DNA of 63,023 nt, filler included, from Atractiella rhizophila (taxonomy: Eukaryota): the NCBI GenBank assembly GCA_021432655.1. It is 8 parts of 4 records of this genome, joined end to end, with 100 filler letters (N's around TTAATTAATTAA, not from the genome) between each part and the next. Parts side by side here need not be neighbours in the genome. Positions count along the whole stretch, not along the records: positions 60,630 to 63,023 come from MU271302.1; 7 more parts are not named here. The stretch is one strand, 5' to 3'. Of the stretch, positions 61,871-63,023 are shown piece after piece. The notes beneath the pieces are model-generated. The model did no database searches and was not told the DNA's origin. It worked only from the letters and a program-made list of their open reading frames with translations. Position 1 is the stretch's first letter. Each line of letters starts with the position of its first letter. The position numbers and the translations under genes are program-made.

Positions 61871-63023
61871 ACCTGAACAAGGGTCAAGGACACAGTCGAC
61901 AATTGAATGATGACTGGGACAGTGTTTCCATTATATCCATTATACGATGACCCTGAAGTGAAGCCTGCAGCCAGTCGAGACAGACGTGGAGTGAAGTGAG
62001 TACCATTGAGATCCACTCCACTGCTTGTGTTTTCAACTTTACCTTGGCGGTGTAGATTGTATATGTACTCGTTCGTCGCAATTGCAATGGACATATGAAA
62101 GTTCTATCATGGGATATTTGCTTGACGAGCTCGAACAATAGCTGAATATCGTCGAAAGCTTTTTGATAACTAGTTGTCAGGTTTTATAGTACTACCTCCT
62201 AAGGTAAGTTGTAGCAGTCAAACGCTCTGAATGCGACGGGCAAGTGATTCAATTTCTAGGCCTTCAAGTCGTATCTTAGAGCTAAGGCGTACCTTCGTCA
62301 AAACATCACTCCTCCCGAACTTTTACTCTCGCCCAAAGGTTCATGGCACACTCGTTCATGATCTTCCGGAGCTTGGTTCGAGAAAAAACCGTTGCGTTCG
62401 GTACATGTATTGACTTAGTATCCTCACATTGGGAAACCGCAATGTCGATGGAGCCTGTAGTAAAATTGCTCGTGCTTATGTTCCAGCCACATCGCATTTT
62501 TGGTAGAATCATTGGCAGGAAAGAGAAGAGTAAACGAGGTCGTAAGGCAACTACTTTTGTTGACGTCTGGGGATAATGAGCGTCACACACGGCGTTATCT
62601 GCTTGCACAAACCGTCAAGCACGTGTGAAAATCTAAAACGAGCGAGGCGCTCAAGAAAAGGAAAGACAAACGACGCAAACACATATAACCCCCGTTTTAC
62701 TGACATGCCAAGACGTCTTACCGTATCCCGTATTTCTTAGAGACGATGTACTTTCGCTTTAGTAGAATCCTCTTCCTTGCTCTGATCCTTTATTCGCTAC
62801 CTGGTCTGTCGGGACTTCAACTAACCTTATTCTACCTTCTCCGCCGTGCCGACGAGAGGAAAGGAAGTTACGGTGCCCTACCTAAATTACGACTTATAAA
62901 AACAACCACGTGTCTGCCTCTCGATCATGTAGAACTTCCGCTTTACAACAAGCCGTTCTGCCTCCATTGAAGGAAACTGTCCTGAGGTACTTAGGTTTGT
63001 GCCGAACTCACTTAGGTACATTT

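Overview
Eukaryotic, intron-rich fungal genomic DNA (most introns about 45-80 bp with GT..AG ends; gene content and intron density suggest a basidiomycete) from a gapped draft scaffold. Conserved genes recognisable by motif: ADP1-like ABC transporter (5' part), COP9 signalosome subunit 7, pepsin-like aspartic protease, FAD-dependent monooxygenase, a secreted DPBB/expansin-like protein fused to a CBM5/12-like module, RBM18-like RRM protein, Trf4/Cid14-type poly(A) polymerase, AIM9/APH-like kinase-fold protein, secreted lipoxygenase, MET2 (partial), Urg1-like GTP cyclohydrolase II, Bub1 kinase (partial) and NADP-isocitrate dehydrogenase (partial). Degenerate Ty1/copia, hAT and RIP-like relics are also present, along with many local duplications. 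The most interesting element is a tandem array (about 19.3-30.9 kb) of three diverged ~3.6-3.7 kb units. Each unit carries an intact six-exon gene for a small stand-alone RNase III-fold protein. All three lack a dsRBD, have the catalytic glutamates replaced (E41->A and E117->K in E. coli numbering) and end in a Q-rich repeat or prion-like tail. Each sits beside a decayed F-box-like companion gene. Gene models were spliced by eye and no database searches were run.
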